A DNA stretch of 24,928 bases, taken from IMG/VR virus record IMGVR_UViG_3300016467_000093, positions 1 to 24,928 of that record; one strand, given 5' to 3'. The position numbers and the translations under genes are program-made. The number at the start of each line of letters is the position of its first letter. Positions within the stretch are counted from its first letter, which is position 1. This DNA is from a virus (taxonomy: Duplodnaviria > Caudoviricetes). Under the pieces are notes generated by a model. That model was not told the DNA's origin. It worked only from the letters and a program-made list of their open reading frames with translations, and made no database searches. Below are positions 24,417-24,928 of this stretch, in pieces.

Positions 24417-24857
24417 ATGCCATCACAAATTGCAAATAGCGATAACATTGTTGATATCGCAGCTAATTATCTAAAGACAATCCCAACAACACAGTTTGGT
24501 ACACGTCAACTTACAGTTATCAAAGTTGCCATTGCAGCAGTTCAAACAAACTATGCAAATAGCAACAGTTTGTTCACAAAGAGTGTTCGTGCTCTACAAC
24601 AAACAGCTGAAGTTTGGGCAGTATTCACACCAGTATACGACAGCAGCGACCATGCTAATGATTATTTCAATGCTATCATCGCTACTGACACTCAGTACGT
24701 TGGCGACAGCGAAACTAGTCGTACAGCTATTCCTTCAGGCGGTTTAGCACCAACTGCTAACTTTGGTATTTTTGAAACAGCTATTGCTGCTGGTAACGGC
24801 GGAGTTACAGCAACAGTAACAGTTCCAGCTGGTTTCGTTGCTCCATTCAGCGGTTAA
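24417..24857 (+). CDS. Putative abundant virion protein
   Basis: 146 aa, A/T/G rich; strong Shine-Dalgarno; own late-type motif and terminator. Confidence 0.65.
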   Translation: MPSQIANSDNIVDIAANYLKTIPTTQFGTRQLTVIKVAIAAVQTNYANSNSLFTKSVRALQQTAEVWAVFTPVYDSSDHANDYFNAIIATDTQYVGDSETSRTAIPSGGLAPTANFGIFETAIAAGNGGVTATVTVPAGFVAPFSG

Positions 24858-24888
24858 TTTTTAAATTTCTCAACGGGATGGGAAGACT

Positions 24889-24915
24889 AAGCCTGCTTTT
24901 ACAGCAGGCTTTTTT
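24889..24915 (+). terminator. Rho-independent terminator
   Basis: AAGCCTGCT-TTTAC-AGCAGGCTT followed by a T run. Confidence 0.85.
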
Positions 24916-24928
24916 ACGGCTGTTAAAT

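Noticed and set aside
18684-24747. ORFs 18684+, 19588-, 20545+, 21080-, 23457-, 24051-, 24496+
   Set aside because: Shadow or alternative-frame ORFs within stronger genes
1-24928. CRISPR array, tRNA genes, transposase, or alternative genetic code
   Set aside because: No regularly spaced repeats or cloverleaf seen by eye; intergenic gaps are short; standard-code ORFs tile the window with intact motifs. tRNAscan-SE and Infernal were not run

Overview
AT-rich, gene-dense window that looks like part of a large lytic dsDNA phage (T4-like or jumbo myovirus type; inferred, since no capsid or full terminase gene is in view). 1-9473: a leftward, translationally coupled operon behind a perfect sigma70 promoter, with about 10 small paralogues ending in an F-x(7-8)-[WLF]F-x-L-[KR]-W-like motif, plus an alpha/beta hydrolase, SGNH-like hydrolase, 5'(3')-deoxyribonucleotidase, 2OG-Fe(II) oxygenase and SWIM protein. 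9585-12663: an ADP-heptose-type cluster (two hldD-like epimerases, cupin, split HldE adenylyltransferase and kinase). 12660-24857: mostly genes preceded by a TAAATA late-promoter-like motif, including tail lysozyme, YqgE/AlgH, HNH, radical SAM, YbaN, a secreted endonuclease, a Zn deaminase, 5-aminolevulinate synthase (hemA), an HExxH protein, a nucleotidyltransferase and probable structural genes. The best candidate for an undescribed system is at 22049-23187: a leftward operon with four unannotated coupled micro-ORFs and a phasin-like gene, behind a nested palindrome resembling a PhaR operator. No tRNA, rRNA, CRISPR array or transposase was seen. All family calls come from reading motifs by eye, not from database searches.
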